Source: Anaerolineae bacterium (GTDB lineage: Bacteria; Chloroflexota; Anaerolineae; B4-G1; SLSP01). Taken from it: a DNA stretch of 64,000 nucleotides. The translations under genes were made by a program, and so were the position numbers. This document shows positions 27,464 through 36,176 of the stretch, piece after piece. How positions within the stretch are numbered: position 1 is the first letter of the stretch; each line of letters begins with the position of its first letter. The notes beneath the pieces are model-generated. The model did not search any database. It saw nothing but the letters and a program-made list of their open reading frames with translations, and had not been told where the DNA came from. The DNA is taken from positions 565,520 to 629,519 of the forward strand of contig JAXGPC010000003.1 in NCBI GenBank assembly GCA_040767155.1, read 5' to 3'.

Positions 27464-28473
27464 TGTGACACCTCCTGTACCGCAGCCATCATCGCCCTAT
27501 AGCGATCCGGCTCCTCCTCAAAGATGTAAGTCACAGGCGTCACCACGACACCGCTACCACCGATCGCACGCAACTCCGCAATCGCTTCGATCAGGGCATC
27601 GCGCCGCACGACGATCTGCACAGCGTACCAGTTCGGGTTGCCGTCGGCGACAAGCACCGGAGCGATAGTGGGTCCCTGCAACCCACCCAGGACACGCTCG
27701 CCCAGCATCCGCGACGCGATGGCTTGTGGTGACTCCCCGCGCATGTTCGCGACAATCATCAGGTGATCCTGCGCACGTAGGTGCGCTTCCGTGAACTCCA
27801 GAAGCGTCCGGGCGATGCCCAGGACCTCGCCCCGGCGACTGAGCGCCGCGCGGTTGGCGATGAGCACCGCCTGCGAGCGGAGGATGACGCCTCCCTCCAA
27901 GGCGCGCAGCCGGTTGTCCTGTAGTGTCTGGCCCGACGACACCAGATCGACGATACAGTCAGCATAGCCAATCGTCGGCGCGACCTCCAGCGTTCCCTCG
28001 GCATACACCAACTCAAACGGCTCAACGCCGTTCGCAGCGAGGAAGTCCTGCGCCAAATGGGTGAACTGCGTTGCCACACGCAGCGGGCGCTTCCAGGACC
28101 GGGCTTCCTGCGCCAGATCAGCCACGGCCCTGACCGCCGTCCACGATTCCGGAACCGCCACGGCCAGCCGACACCCCCCAAATCCCAGGGCCTCGTGCAG
28201 AACCAGGATCTCGCCCTGGGTGCCTCCATGCTCCTTGGTGACGTCGAGGCCCGTAATGCCGAAATCGACGCTGCCGTCGCGCACGCTGATAACGATGTCG
28301 GTCGGGCGCTGAAAGAGCACCGTCAAACCAGGAAGGGCCGGGATCGCTGCAGCGTACTGGCGAGGATTGGGCTTGTGCACCTTCAGCCCACACGCCGCCA
28401 TGAACTCCACCGCCTCCTCTGCCAACCTTCCCTTGCTGGGCAAGGATATCCGGATCTCGTCACGTTCGAGCAT
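27460..28473 (-). CDS. hisG: ATP phosphoribosyltransferase (long form with C-terminal regulatory domain)
   Basis: ORF 27460..28608; preferred start MLERDEIRISLPSKGRL at 28473 after AAGGAGG; catalytic domain plus HisG_C-like tail. Confidence 0.85.
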   Translation of the reverse strand: MLERDEIRISLPSKGRLAEEAVEFMAACGLKVHKPNPRQYAAAIPALPGLTVLFQRPTDIVISVRDGSVDFGITGLDVTKEHGGTQGEILVLHEALGFGGCRLAVAVPESWTAVRAVADLAQEARSWKRPLRVATQFTHLAQDFLAANGVEPFELVYAEGTLEVAPTIGYADCIVDLVSSGQTLQDNRLRALEGGVILRSQAVLIANRAALSRRGEVLGIARTLLEFTEAHLRAQDHLMIVANMRGESPQAIASRMLGERVLGGLQGPTIAPVLVADGNPNWYAVQIVVRRDALIEAIAELRAIGGSGVVVTPVTYIFEEEPDRYRAMMAAVQEVSQ

Positions 28474-28498
28474 TGTAGCCTCCTTGGATAACACAAAA

Positions 28499-28520
28499 CC
28501 CCCCGGATCGATCCGGGGGG
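28499..28520 (-). terminator. terminator-like hairpin in the his leader (candidate attenuator)
   Basis: Perfect 22-nt palindrome CCCCCCGGATCGATCCGGGGGG followed on the minus strand by UUUUGUGUU, then AAGGAGG and the hisG AUG. Confidence 0.5.
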
Positions 28521-28649
28521 TTCGCATTCTCTTTGTCTGAACCAGGCTAGGTCCCGCTAGATGCAAGCGAAACCCCACCTCCCGAATCGGGCGGTGTCCG
28601 CTTCGCATGATGCATGTGGAGAGCCTGCATGCCTGTATTCACAATCAGC

Positions 28650-28677
28650 ACAATACCACAGTTGCCACGCTTGTCAA
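28650..28677 (-). promoter_or_regulatory. putative sigma70-type promoter of the his operon
   Basis: Minus strand TTGACA-16 nt-TATTGT with TGn extended -10; about 170 nt upstream of the hisG ATG. Confidence 0.45.
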
Positions 28678-28689
28678 TGCGCGACCGAA

Positions 28690-29679
28690 TCAGGGGACGA
28701 GGAGCACTTTCTTGACACCATCCAGACCCTGCTCGATCATCGCGACGCCCCGCTCAAACCCCTCAAGAGGCAGCCGGTGTGAAACAAGGTCGTTGACCCT
28801 GACCGCTCCCGATTGCAGGAGCGCAATAGCCTGGGTCGAGTTGCGTAGCGAGGTGAACGAAGAGCGCAACGTCAGACCCTTCTCAAAGATCTCAAAGGCA
28901 TCCAGCGTCAAGGCGCTGCCGCGCGGCGGCACACCGAAAAGTAACACAGTGCCCCCACCACGCGCCAGGGCCACCGTCGCAGCCATAACCTTGGGCGCAC
29001 CCGTCGCATCGATGACTACATCGTAGCCTGAAGGTGTGAGATCACTCAGATCGCTAACACCCCTCCGAGCTCCGTACGCCTTCGCGAGGTCAAGTCGCGC
29101 CGCCTGTCGTTCCAGAACGGTGATTTCGATCGCTCCACGGCTCAGGGCGACCTGCAAGAGTAGCAAGCCGATAGGCCCGGCGCCCAGGATAACGATCCGA
29201 TCGCCGATCCGAATCCCGGCGCGTTCGATGCCGTGAACAACACACGACAGTGGCTCGACAAACGCCGCCTCGTCGTAGGCGAGCGTTCCAATGTCGAAGA
29301 CGGCCTTCTCCGGTGCGACCACATACTCGGCCATGCCGCCCGGGCGCGTGACACCCACTGCTTGCCAGTTCAGGCAGAAGTTCTGGCGGTTGTTGAGACA
29401 GTGATAGCAGTTGTCGCACGCAATGTTCGGCTCCACCGCAACACGATCCCCGGCCCGGAACCGGCTGACCCGTTCTCCAACGGCGACAACCTCACCGGCA
29501 AACTCGTGCCCGGGGATCACGGGATACTCGCCAAGGTACTCGCCTCGCAGAATGTGGACGTCGGTGCCGCAAATGCCACAAGCAGCGACCTTGACCATGA
29601 CTTCCTCGGGATTTGGAGCCGGCATCGGAACTTCAACGACACTAACACTGTTAGGCTTGTGAATTGTCAGAGCTCGCAT
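28690..29679 (-). CDS. zinc-dependent alcohol dehydrogenase (threonine/sorbitol dehydrogenase-like MDR)
   Basis: 329 aa; GICGTDVHILRGEY, GHEFAGEVVAVG, Cys cluster CDNCYHCLNNRQNFC, GAGPIGLL Rossmann. Confidence 0.85.
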   Translation of the reverse strand: MRALTIHKPNSVSVVEVPMPAPNPEEVMVKVAACGICGTDVHILRGEYLGEYPVIPGHEFAGEVVAVGERVSRFRAGDRVAVEPNIACDNCYHCLNNRQNFCLNWQAVGVTRPGGMAEYVVAPEKAVFDIGTLAYDEAAFVEPLSCVVHGIERAGIRIGDRIVILGAGPIGLLLLQVALSRGAIEITVLERQAARLDLAKAYGARRGVSDLSDLTPSGYDVVIDATGAPKVMAATVALARGGGTVLLFGVPPRGSALTLDAFEIFEKGLTLRSSFTSLRNSTQAIALLQSGAVRVNDLVSHRLPLEGFERGVAMIEQGLDGVKKVLLVP

Positions 29680-29731
29680 AGTGTGTTAGTCACCTCACGA
29701 TTGGCCCAGTGCAGGCCATCTGGTACTTACT

Positions 29732-30667
29732 CTACATAACGAGACGTTCGTACAAGGACTCAGGGCTCAGAGTCGCGCAAACGTTCTCACGGCACATCAC
29801 GGTCTGTGCAGCAGCAGCCATACCCAGGCGTACAGCCTCCTCAGGAGAGACGCCCTCGAGCAGTCCGTAGGCGACGGCGGCAGTCAGTGCATCGCCAGCT
29901 CCGCTGGGATCCAGCACCTCTGCGGGGAATGCCGCGATGTGCCCACTCTCCTCAGACGTTGCATAGCAGAGCCCTTCTGCGCCCAACATGATCGCAGCCA
30001 ACTCCACACCTTCCTGCACCAGGCTGCGCGCCGCAGCCTGAATCGCTGCATCATCTCCCAGCGTCGTTCCCAGCAAAGCCTCTGCCTCGTCGCGGCCCGG
30101 GGTGATCGCCGTAATGGCTGGCAGATAGGGGCGCAACTTCCCTGCCAACAAGGCTGCAGTGGGATCCACGCATACAGGAACGTCGTACTGCTGCGTCAAA
30201 CGGAACAGGGTCTTCAGCGCACCCGGCGATGGATTGGCGTCAATGCAGACGATGTCCGCCTCGCGCACCAACCGTCGCAAGCGGTTCAGGTGGCCCGGCG
30301 TGATCGACTCGATGATGCCCATAGCGTCGAAAGCAACCTGCAACTCGCGTGCTCGGTTGTAGACGGCAACGTAGGACGATGTCGGCTGACCTTCTACGAC
30401 AAGACACCCTTCGGTGCCAATCCCCAGTTCGCCAAGCCTTCGGAGGAGTGCCCGTCCCCACCAGTCGTCGCCCACTGCCGTGATCAGTTGTACTTCAGTG
30501 CCCAAACGCGCCAGGTTTTCGGCCATGTTGCGGGCTACGCCTCCCCAACCCCAGCGAATCTCGCCGGGGTTGGAGCGCCCTAAGGCAACCTCGGCAGTGC
30601 GCGGGCGAACCTTCAAGTCCAGTCCGGCTGCCCCAACGACCAGCACGCGATGCTCATGATCGCTCAT
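29732..30667 (-). CDS. PfkB-family carbohydrate kinase (ribokinase-like)
   Basis: 311 aa; VLVVGAAGLDL...; C-terminal DPSGAGDALTAAVAYGLL anion-hole motif. Confidence 0.8.
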   Translation of the reverse strand: MSDHEHRVLVVGAAGLDLKVRPRTAEVALGRSNPGEIRWGWGGVARNMAENLARLGTEVQLITAVGDDWWGRALLRRLGELGIGTEGCLVVEGQPTSSYVAVYNRARELQVAFDAMGIIESITPGHLNRLRRLVREADIVCIDANPSPGALKTLFRLTQQYDVPVCVDPTAALLAGKLRPYLPAITAITPGRDEAEALLGTTLGDDAAIQAAARSLVQEGVELAAIMLGAEGLCYATSEESGHIAAFPAEVLDPSGAGDALTAAVAYGLLEGVSPEEAVRLGMAAAAQTVMCRENVCATLSPESLYERLVM

Positions 30668-31613
30668 CAGTCCTCCCCCTTCGAATCACGGCTCGAGGTA
30701 TCCCCAGATCCTTCAGGCGCTCCAGGAGCACCTCAGCGCCCTCGCCGCCGGTTGATGGCGATTCACCAGCCAGCGCGAATCGTCTACCGGCGATCGATCC
30801 CGTTGCCTCCCGTTCAACGATCACAAGGTACGCATCCCCCTCCCCGGGCGCCGTGTCACGCGTGGCGGTTTGTACAGCCACATACCGTGACGCTGGATTG
30901 AGGTACGGGAAGCCGCAATCACCCGTTTGCCCAGGCTGGAGATCCAGAGGAAGGTAGCGTGAAAGAACTTCGGAGGGTAGTGTAGCTCGAACACTCTCAA
31001 CGGCAACCGCGCCAGTTCTGACCAGGCCGCCCTCTGCGGCGGTATAGACCGGCAGAACGGCCGTCAACCCAGGGCTGGACAACGCCTTCTGAACGTCCAG
31101 AAGGTCACCTATCCAACCGACCACATTGCGACAATCCGAGGATCGTGCGTCGTTATGCTCGAAACTCCAGTGGCGCTCGCTCTCCCCCAGTACGTGCTGG
31201 GCATAGGCGAACGTCTCCACCATACGCTCTCTGGCCCCAAGCGTGAAGTGGATCACCCCCTCTACGTAGACTGCGATAGCTTCGTTGTAGTGTGCGACCG
31301 CAGCAACCTGAAGCTCCAGCCAGTGGAGCGCCGATCGAATCGCGTCCAGGCCCTCCTCCCATCGCCAAAGGCAACGATAGGCCTCAGCCTGACAGAGCAG
31401 GGCCAGCGCCTGTCCATGGCGATCGCGCAGATGTTTGGCCTGGCCGAAAGCCCGCCCCGCGGTCAGCAGAGCGAGATCGGGACGGCCTTCCTGCAACTGC
31501 TGCAGAGCCACTCCCAGAGCATCACGGTTGGGCCGGATGACATCACGCACATCCAGCAGACGGGACAGCGATAGCTCGTCAGGCAGCGAAATCCAACGCA
31601 TCAAGGAGAACAC
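30654..31613 (-). CDS. hypothetical protein (helical N-terminal half, unassigned C-terminal half), last gene of the SPFH operon
   Basis: 319 aa, no TM; overlaps the SPFH gene upstream by 0-1 nt and the PfkB gene downstream by 14 nt. Confidence 0.45.
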   Translation of the reverse strand: MFSLMRWISLPDELSLSRLLDVRDVIRPNRDALGVALQQLQEGRPDLALLTAGRAFGQAKHLRDRHGQALALLCQAEAYRCLWRWEEGLDAIRSALHWLELQVAAVAHYNEAIAVYVEGVIHFTLGARERMVETFAYAQHVLGESERHWSFEHNDARSSDCRNVVGWIGDLLDVQKALSSPGLTAVLPVYTAAEGGLVRTGAVAVESVRATLPSEVLSRYLPLDLQPGQTGDCGFPYLNPASRYVAVQTATRDTAPGEGDAYLVIVEREATGSIAGRRFALAGESPSTGGEGAEVLLERLKDLGIPRAVIRRGRTDERS

Positions 31614-32996
31614 CTATGACGCATCGGGGTGCAGCGGCAACTGGGGTGCGTCACCTCGAGGTGTGGAAGTAGATCCCTCGTCTCGGATAGCGTTCACTAC
31701 ATGCAACAGACTGTCGGCCTGCTGCAACAGCATCTGCTGGGCCGCCGGGTTGCTCTCCGACATCGATTGGAGCACTTCGACGAAACTCGCAATCACCAAC
31801 TGAGGCGGTATCGTCAGTCCGGCGGTGCGCAGCCGCTGCACCTCCTCGAGCATGCGATTGACAAACGCCACTTGCGCTTCGAACCTGGCGCTCTCAGCCA
31901 ACTGCTCGTTGGCGGACTCGGCCTCCATCGTGTAGCGGTCAATGCCTGTTTGCAACTTGGCCTGCCAGAACTCGAGCCACTGGCGTGAGATGGCCGCCTC
32001 GGTCGGGCGGACGGTGCCCAACTCGAGACGCTCCACCATCACCCCGCGGCTTCTGGCCTCCGCTTTCACAAGCCGTCCAATTTCGACCTCCAGGTCGGCT
32101 ACAAACCGTGGAACTGCCGCCGTCCGCGGAGGTCCTTCCTCACTGCCCAACCAGTACTGCGGATTGAGGAATTCGTCGAGACGATAGAGCTCCAGCCTGT
32201 CGCGCACGACGCGTTCCAGCACATCACTGGCCATCCTTGTCACCCAGTCCGCGATGCGATTGCTACCTTCGAGCCCGCGCACCGCTTTCGCCGTTGCCAC
32301 CTTCAGCACGGCATCCTCATCAAAGGCGAAGGGCGACCCCGCTGGCGATACCCTCCTGGTCACCGTGGCCCCTGCTGCGCGGAGCTCATCATTCGTAACG
32401 GCAGCATGGCCAGGAGGTGCCACCCTACAGACGACGCTCGCCTGGCACGTTGCGGGAATACCATCGCGCGTCACAAAGTCCACGACCACCGTACGGCGCT
32501 GCGGGCGCAGGTCAACCACCTCCCATACCCGCTCGTAGGGCTGCAGGACGTGAAGCCCGGCACCCAGGACCCTGTGCAGCACTCCCAGACGACTGGTCAC
32601 GACGGCGTTGTTAAGATCTACGCTCAGCCTTGCCGGTCCGCCGACCTTGTGGACGATAGGAGGCCCGTCCAGGTCCACGCGCCCGGATTGCACCCGCAGG
32701 ACCGACGCACCAGCCAGTGTCTCACCGCCGAAGACAAGCTGCGTCGCAAGATCGTTCGCATCCTCCGGTGCCAGGTCATGTAAGGCTTGAAGGTACTGCT
32801 GCAAGGCCCTCAGGACGTGCACAACCGAAGCAGCTAGAGCAAGTCCAAACCCACCGACCAGGATGAAGAAGTTGATCTGATCAGCTCGCGTGACAATGGC
32901 AGTCGGATCATTCCACAGCGCGAGCGGCAGCGAGGCAGCATACGCGAGAAAGAAAGCACCCACGATCAGGGGGATCAGCAGCTTCGTTGGGCTCAA
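31614..32996 (-). CDS. SPFH/band-7 domain membrane protein (flotillin/YqiK-like) with coiled-coil C-terminus
   Basis: 460 aa; N-terminal TM helices; SPFH-like core ...LRPQRRTVVVDFVTRDGIPATCQASVVCRV...; long alpha-helical tail. Confidence 0.6.
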   Translation of the reverse strand: MSPTKLLIPLIVGAFFLAYAASLPLALWNDPTAIVTRADQINFFILVGGFGLALAASVVHVLRALQQYLQALHDLAPEDANDLATQLVFGGETLAGASVLRVQSGRVDLDGPPIVHKVGGPARLSVDLNNAVVTSRLGVLHRVLGAGLHVLQPYERVWEVVDLRPQRRTVVVDFVTRDGIPATCQASVVCRVAPPGHAAVTNDELRAAGATVTRRVSPAGSPFAFDEDAVLKVATAKAVRGLEGSNRIADWVTRMASDVLERVVRDRLELYRLDEFLNPQYWLGSEEGPPRTAAVPRFVADLEVEIGRLVKAEARSRGVMVERLELGTVRPTEAAISRQWLEFWQAKLQTGIDRYTMEAESANEQLAESARFEAQVAFVNRMLEEVQRLRTAGLTIPPQLVIASFVEVLQSMSESNPAAQQMLLQQADSLLHVVNAIRDEGSTSTPRGDAPQLPLHPDAS

Positions 32997-34594
32997 GGCT
33001 CGTCCTCCGACTCGGCCAGATCGCTGACCTGCTCATACAGGTGTTCGAGCGTGGGGAGGGCTGACTCAGGCAGCATATGCTGCACCTCAGGGTTTGCTGC
33101 CATCCGAATCAGGCTGCTGAGCATCGTGTAGGCGATGAAATCGCGCTGCGCATCGCTGTCCGTCGCGATCAGGCGCCGGCTCGCTTCCTCGATCATCTCG
33201 GATAGCAGCTTCTCACGGGCCTCCTGTCGGATCTTGCTCTGTGCCAACGCCCGCTTCCGTTCGAGCTCTGCTTGCCAGTCCACGACCTTGGCCACGAATC
33301 GGGACTTCCAGGCCTCAACGCGTTGCTCGGTCACACCGTGACTCAGCGGCTCGATCGATCCGCTGATGCCCACGTCGTCAATGTCAAATCCCCGCGGCTC
33401 CAACGCCTTCCGGACCGCCCGCAGGGCCAGGCGGCTGATGGTCAGGCGGGTCAGTGAATCGCCCATGTCAGCCGCAACTTCTAACCCCAGTGCCGACTCG
33501 ACTCGTCGATGGGTCTTGAGAAGCTCGATATGGCCGTTGACGCCGGCTGCGTGCTCGGTCTCTACCCCGCTTGCCGCGCCTCCATAGAGCTGATCCAGGC
33601 TATAGTAGGAGATCGCCTGCTCCAGCTTGTGGGCCGCGATCTTCACAGGGAGATCCTCCCAGGGATGGGCCATATGGGCGTCGACGAGGCTATGCCCCGC
33701 AGGATCCACTTCCTCGGCAAAGAGCGCCTGCAGCACATCGCCTTGGCTCCGGAAGGGCCAGGCCTCGCCGAGCTGCACGTCGCGGTTCCCGCGGTTCACC
33801 CTGAACGTGGCCGCGACGGAAGCGCGGATCTCAATACCGTCACGCGTCAGCGTCGTAATGCGCGCGCTGCGAGATTGGTCGCGCAGATCAACCACGCGGT
33901 AAGGCATCTCCGAACGCTGCAGTAATACCACACCCGGGCCGGCGACCCGCGCGATCTCGGACCCTGCCTTCAACACGACAACATTCTCCGGCTCCGTCAT
34001 GAGCAATCCCGGGCCGGCCCCGGACCACGGATTGCCAGTGATACGCGTGCGCACGTACCCGTCTTCAACAACCCAGACGCTCTTCGGACCACCGGACAGG
34101 AAACCGAGCACTAGATCCATCGCCCACGAGCTCCGTCGTTCAACATCTTCCGGCAAAGGGACGACGCGTGGGGTCCAGAGGGTGAGCAGCCAGCACGAAA
34201 ACAGAATCGGACCAACAAGCGAGATGACGAAAAGGCCCATTCGACCATACAGCAGCCCAGGCGTGGTGACCGCTACAGCCACTGCAAACAAGGTGATCAG
34301 TACAATGAACCCCGCCGTAGTCGTAGCCATCATGCGCCTTCGCCAGAGGAACAGCGCCAGGCAAGAGAGGGGCAATAGCAGGCTCAGAAGGATGATCATA
34401 CCAGGGGACAGGTTCAGGATCCCGAGCCAGAGAAGCCCGGGAAAGGGCCAGAGCGAAGGCCCCCAGATCCACCAGATGACCTTTCCGGACGTCGGATCGC
34501 TGGTCGATCCCGGCATGCGCCCCCGAAGGTAACGGCTCAGGGCAGCCATTCCCCCCACATAGAGCACTAACAAGCCGATCCGTACGCCAAGCAC
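32993..34594 (-). CDS. SPFH/band-7 domain membrane protein (paralogue), multi-TM N-terminus
   Basis: 533 aa; about 5 TM helices then ...LRDQSRSARITTLTRDGIEIRASVAATFRV... SPFH core and coiled-coil tail; 4-nt overlap with the downstream paralogue. Confidence 0.6.
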   Translation of the reverse strand: MLGVRIGLLVLYVGGMAALSRYLRGRMPGSTSDPTSGKVIWWIWGPSLWPFPGLLWLGILNLSPGMIILLSLLLPLSCLALFLWRRRMMATTTAGFIVLITLFAVAVAVTTPGLLYGRMGLFVISLVGPILFSCWLLTLWTPRVVPLPEDVERRSSWAMDLVLGFLSGGPKSVWVVEDGYVRTRITGNPWSGAGPGLLMTEPENVVVLKAGSEIARVAGPGVVLLQRSEMPYRVVDLRDQSRSARITTLTRDGIEIRASVAATFRVNRGNRDVQLGEAWPFRSQGDVLQALFAEEVDPAGHSLVDAHMAHPWEDLPVKIAAHKLEQAISYYSLDQLYGGAASGVETEHAAGVNGHIELLKTHRRVESALGLEVAADMGDSLTRLTISRLALRAVRKALEPRGFDIDDVGISGSIEPLSHGVTEQRVEAWKSRFVAKVVDWQAELERKRALAQSKIRQEAREKLLSEMIEEASRRLIATDSDAQRDFIAYTMLSSLIRMAANPEVQHMLPESALPTLEHLYEQVSDLAESEDEP

Positions 34595-34677
34595 GATCGC
34601 TACCTCCCGACCCCACCCCTCACGCTCACTGTAACACAGATCCCGAAATGAGAAACCACCTTGCGCATAGGGTCATC

Positions 34678-34693
34678 TTGCGACCGCTCGCAA
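34678..34693. promoter_or_regulatory. palindromic candidate operator TTGCGA-CCGC-TCGCAA in the divergent SPFH/folC intergenic region
   Basis: Perfect 6-bp inverted repeat with 4-nt spacer; a TTGCG half-site is repeated 17 nt upstream. Confidence 0.3.
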
Positions 34694-34802
34694 AGGGGGT
34701 AGAATGCTTGCTCGATGGCCGACGCGGACCTGTGCATCACTGGGCTCCCAACGTCAGTCGCCCTGACCACAATCCCATGGACGGAACCTGGCAAGTAAAC
34801 AT

Positions 34803-36176
34803 ATGAGATACCATGATGCACTGCGCTATCTGTATGGGCTGGTCGACTATGAGAAGCGCCGTATCGACCGCTATTCACCCCGGGAGTTCAAACTCGAACG
34901 CGTCTCCGACCTGTTGACACGTCTGGGCAACCCTTACCAGGCCTACCCCACGCTTCACGTCGCTGGCACCAAAGGCAAAGGATCGGTGTCGAGCATCCTT
35001 GCCGGCACAGCACGGGCAGGAGGGCTGCGTGCAGGGCTATACACGTCGCCACACCTGCATACCTACCGCGAGCGCATCCAGATCGACGGTAACCCCATCT
35101 CACGCCGGGGCATGGCCGACCTGCTTACCGAGATGCTGCCGACGATCGAGAGCGTCCCCGGTCTCACGACGTTTGAGGTGACCACAGCGCTTGCCTTCCT
35201 CTACTTCCAACGCGAAGAGGTCGACCTGGCGGTTATGGAAGTAGGTCTGGGAGGACGACTGGATGCAACGAATGTCGTGACGCCCGAGATCAGTGTGATC
35301 ACCTCCCTGAGCCTCGATCACACCTACTTGCTCGGGGATACCTTGGCCCAGATCGCCTTCGAGAAAGCTGGAATCGTCAAACCCGGCATCCCCGTCGTAA
35401 CAGCGCCACAGAAGGACGAGGCTCTCCAGGTGCTTGAAGGGATCGCTTCCGAGCGGTCCTCTCCTATCACAGTCGTTGGTCGCGACTGGTTGTGGGCCCC
35501 CGTCACGCGCTCACTGAGTGGGCAGACGATGCACATCTGGCGAAACGGGACCCCGTCGCCCTTTGACGGCACCTATGAAGTCGCGCTTCTCGGCGACTTC
35601 CAACAAGAGAACGCTGCGGTTGCGATCGCGACGATTGCACAACTCCACACGGATGGGCACACCTGGGCAACACCCGAGGCCTTGCGCGAAAGCCTCGGTT
35701 CAGCGAAGTGGCCGGGACGCATGGAAATCCTCAACCAGACGCCGCCTATCGTTATCGACTGCGCCCACAACCCCTACTCCGCGGAGACGCTGGCCAGATC
35801 GCTCCAATCGTGGTTCCCGGACGTTTCGTGGATCCTGATCTTCGGCTCCTCCAGCGACAAGGACGTCAAAGGTATGCTCGAGGCGCTTTTGCCGGTCAGC
35901 AAGCACGTCATCGTCACGCGCTCCTACCACCCGCGCGCCACGGCTCCCTATGCCCTTGCCGATCTGTGCGCGGACCTCGGTCACGGCGCGGAGATTGCCG
36001 TGAATCCCCGGCGTGCCCTCGAACAGGCATCCCACAGCCTTGAGCCAGGCCTTGGCATTGTCGCGACGGGCTCGATCTTCCTGGTAGCCGACGTGCGCGA
36101 GGCCTGGGCCCACCACACCAACCTCGACCTCCCCCTGGGAGACTGGGTCGATGAGCCGTGGGAGAAACACCCTTGA
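34803..36176 (+). CDS. folC: bifunctional folylpolyglutamate synthase / dihydrofolate synthase
   Basis: 457 aa; HVAGTKGKGS P-loop; Mur-ligase middle and C-terminal domains. Confidence 0.85.
   Translation: MRYHDALRYLYGLVDYEKRRIDRYSPREFKLERVSDLLTRLGNPYQAYPTLHVAGTKGKGSVSSILAGTARAGGLRAGLYTSPHLHTYRERIQIDGNPISRRGMADLLTEMLPTIESVPGLTTFEVTTALAFLYFQREEVDLAVMEVGLGGRLDATNVVTPEISVITSLSLDHTYLLGDTLAQIAFEKAGIVKPGIPVVTAPQKDEALQVLEGIASERSSPITVVGRDWLWAPVTRSLSGQTMHIWRNGTPSPFDGTYEVALLGDFQQENAAVAIATIAQLHTDGHTWATPEALRESLGSAKWPGRMEILNQTPPIVIDCAHNPYSAETLARSLQSWFPDVSWILIFGSSSDKDVKGMLEALLPVSKHVIVTRSYHPRATAPYALADLCADLGHGAEIAVNPRRALEQASHSLEPGLGIVATGSIFLVADVREAWAHHTNLDLPLGDWVDEPWEKHP

Noticed and set aside
28474-28692. 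T-box riboswitch in the his leader
   Set aside because: No match to the conserved T-box sequence (AAUUAGGGUGGNACCGCG) or specifier-loop architecture could be found by eye; a ribosome-mediated attenuator or a simple terminator fits better.
36158-36175. N-terminal extensions from upstream alternative starts: lon 36158, ftsY 46213, 48140 hypothetical, 6676 GH, 9011 membrane protein, 9436 cupin, 14143 ygbA-like, 27460..28608 hisG, 52696..53742 tsaD, 53712..55118 peptidase
   Set aside because: Each extension overlaps the preceding gene or lacks an RBS. An internal ATG/GTG with a GGAGG-type RBS gives an N-terminus matching family expectations.
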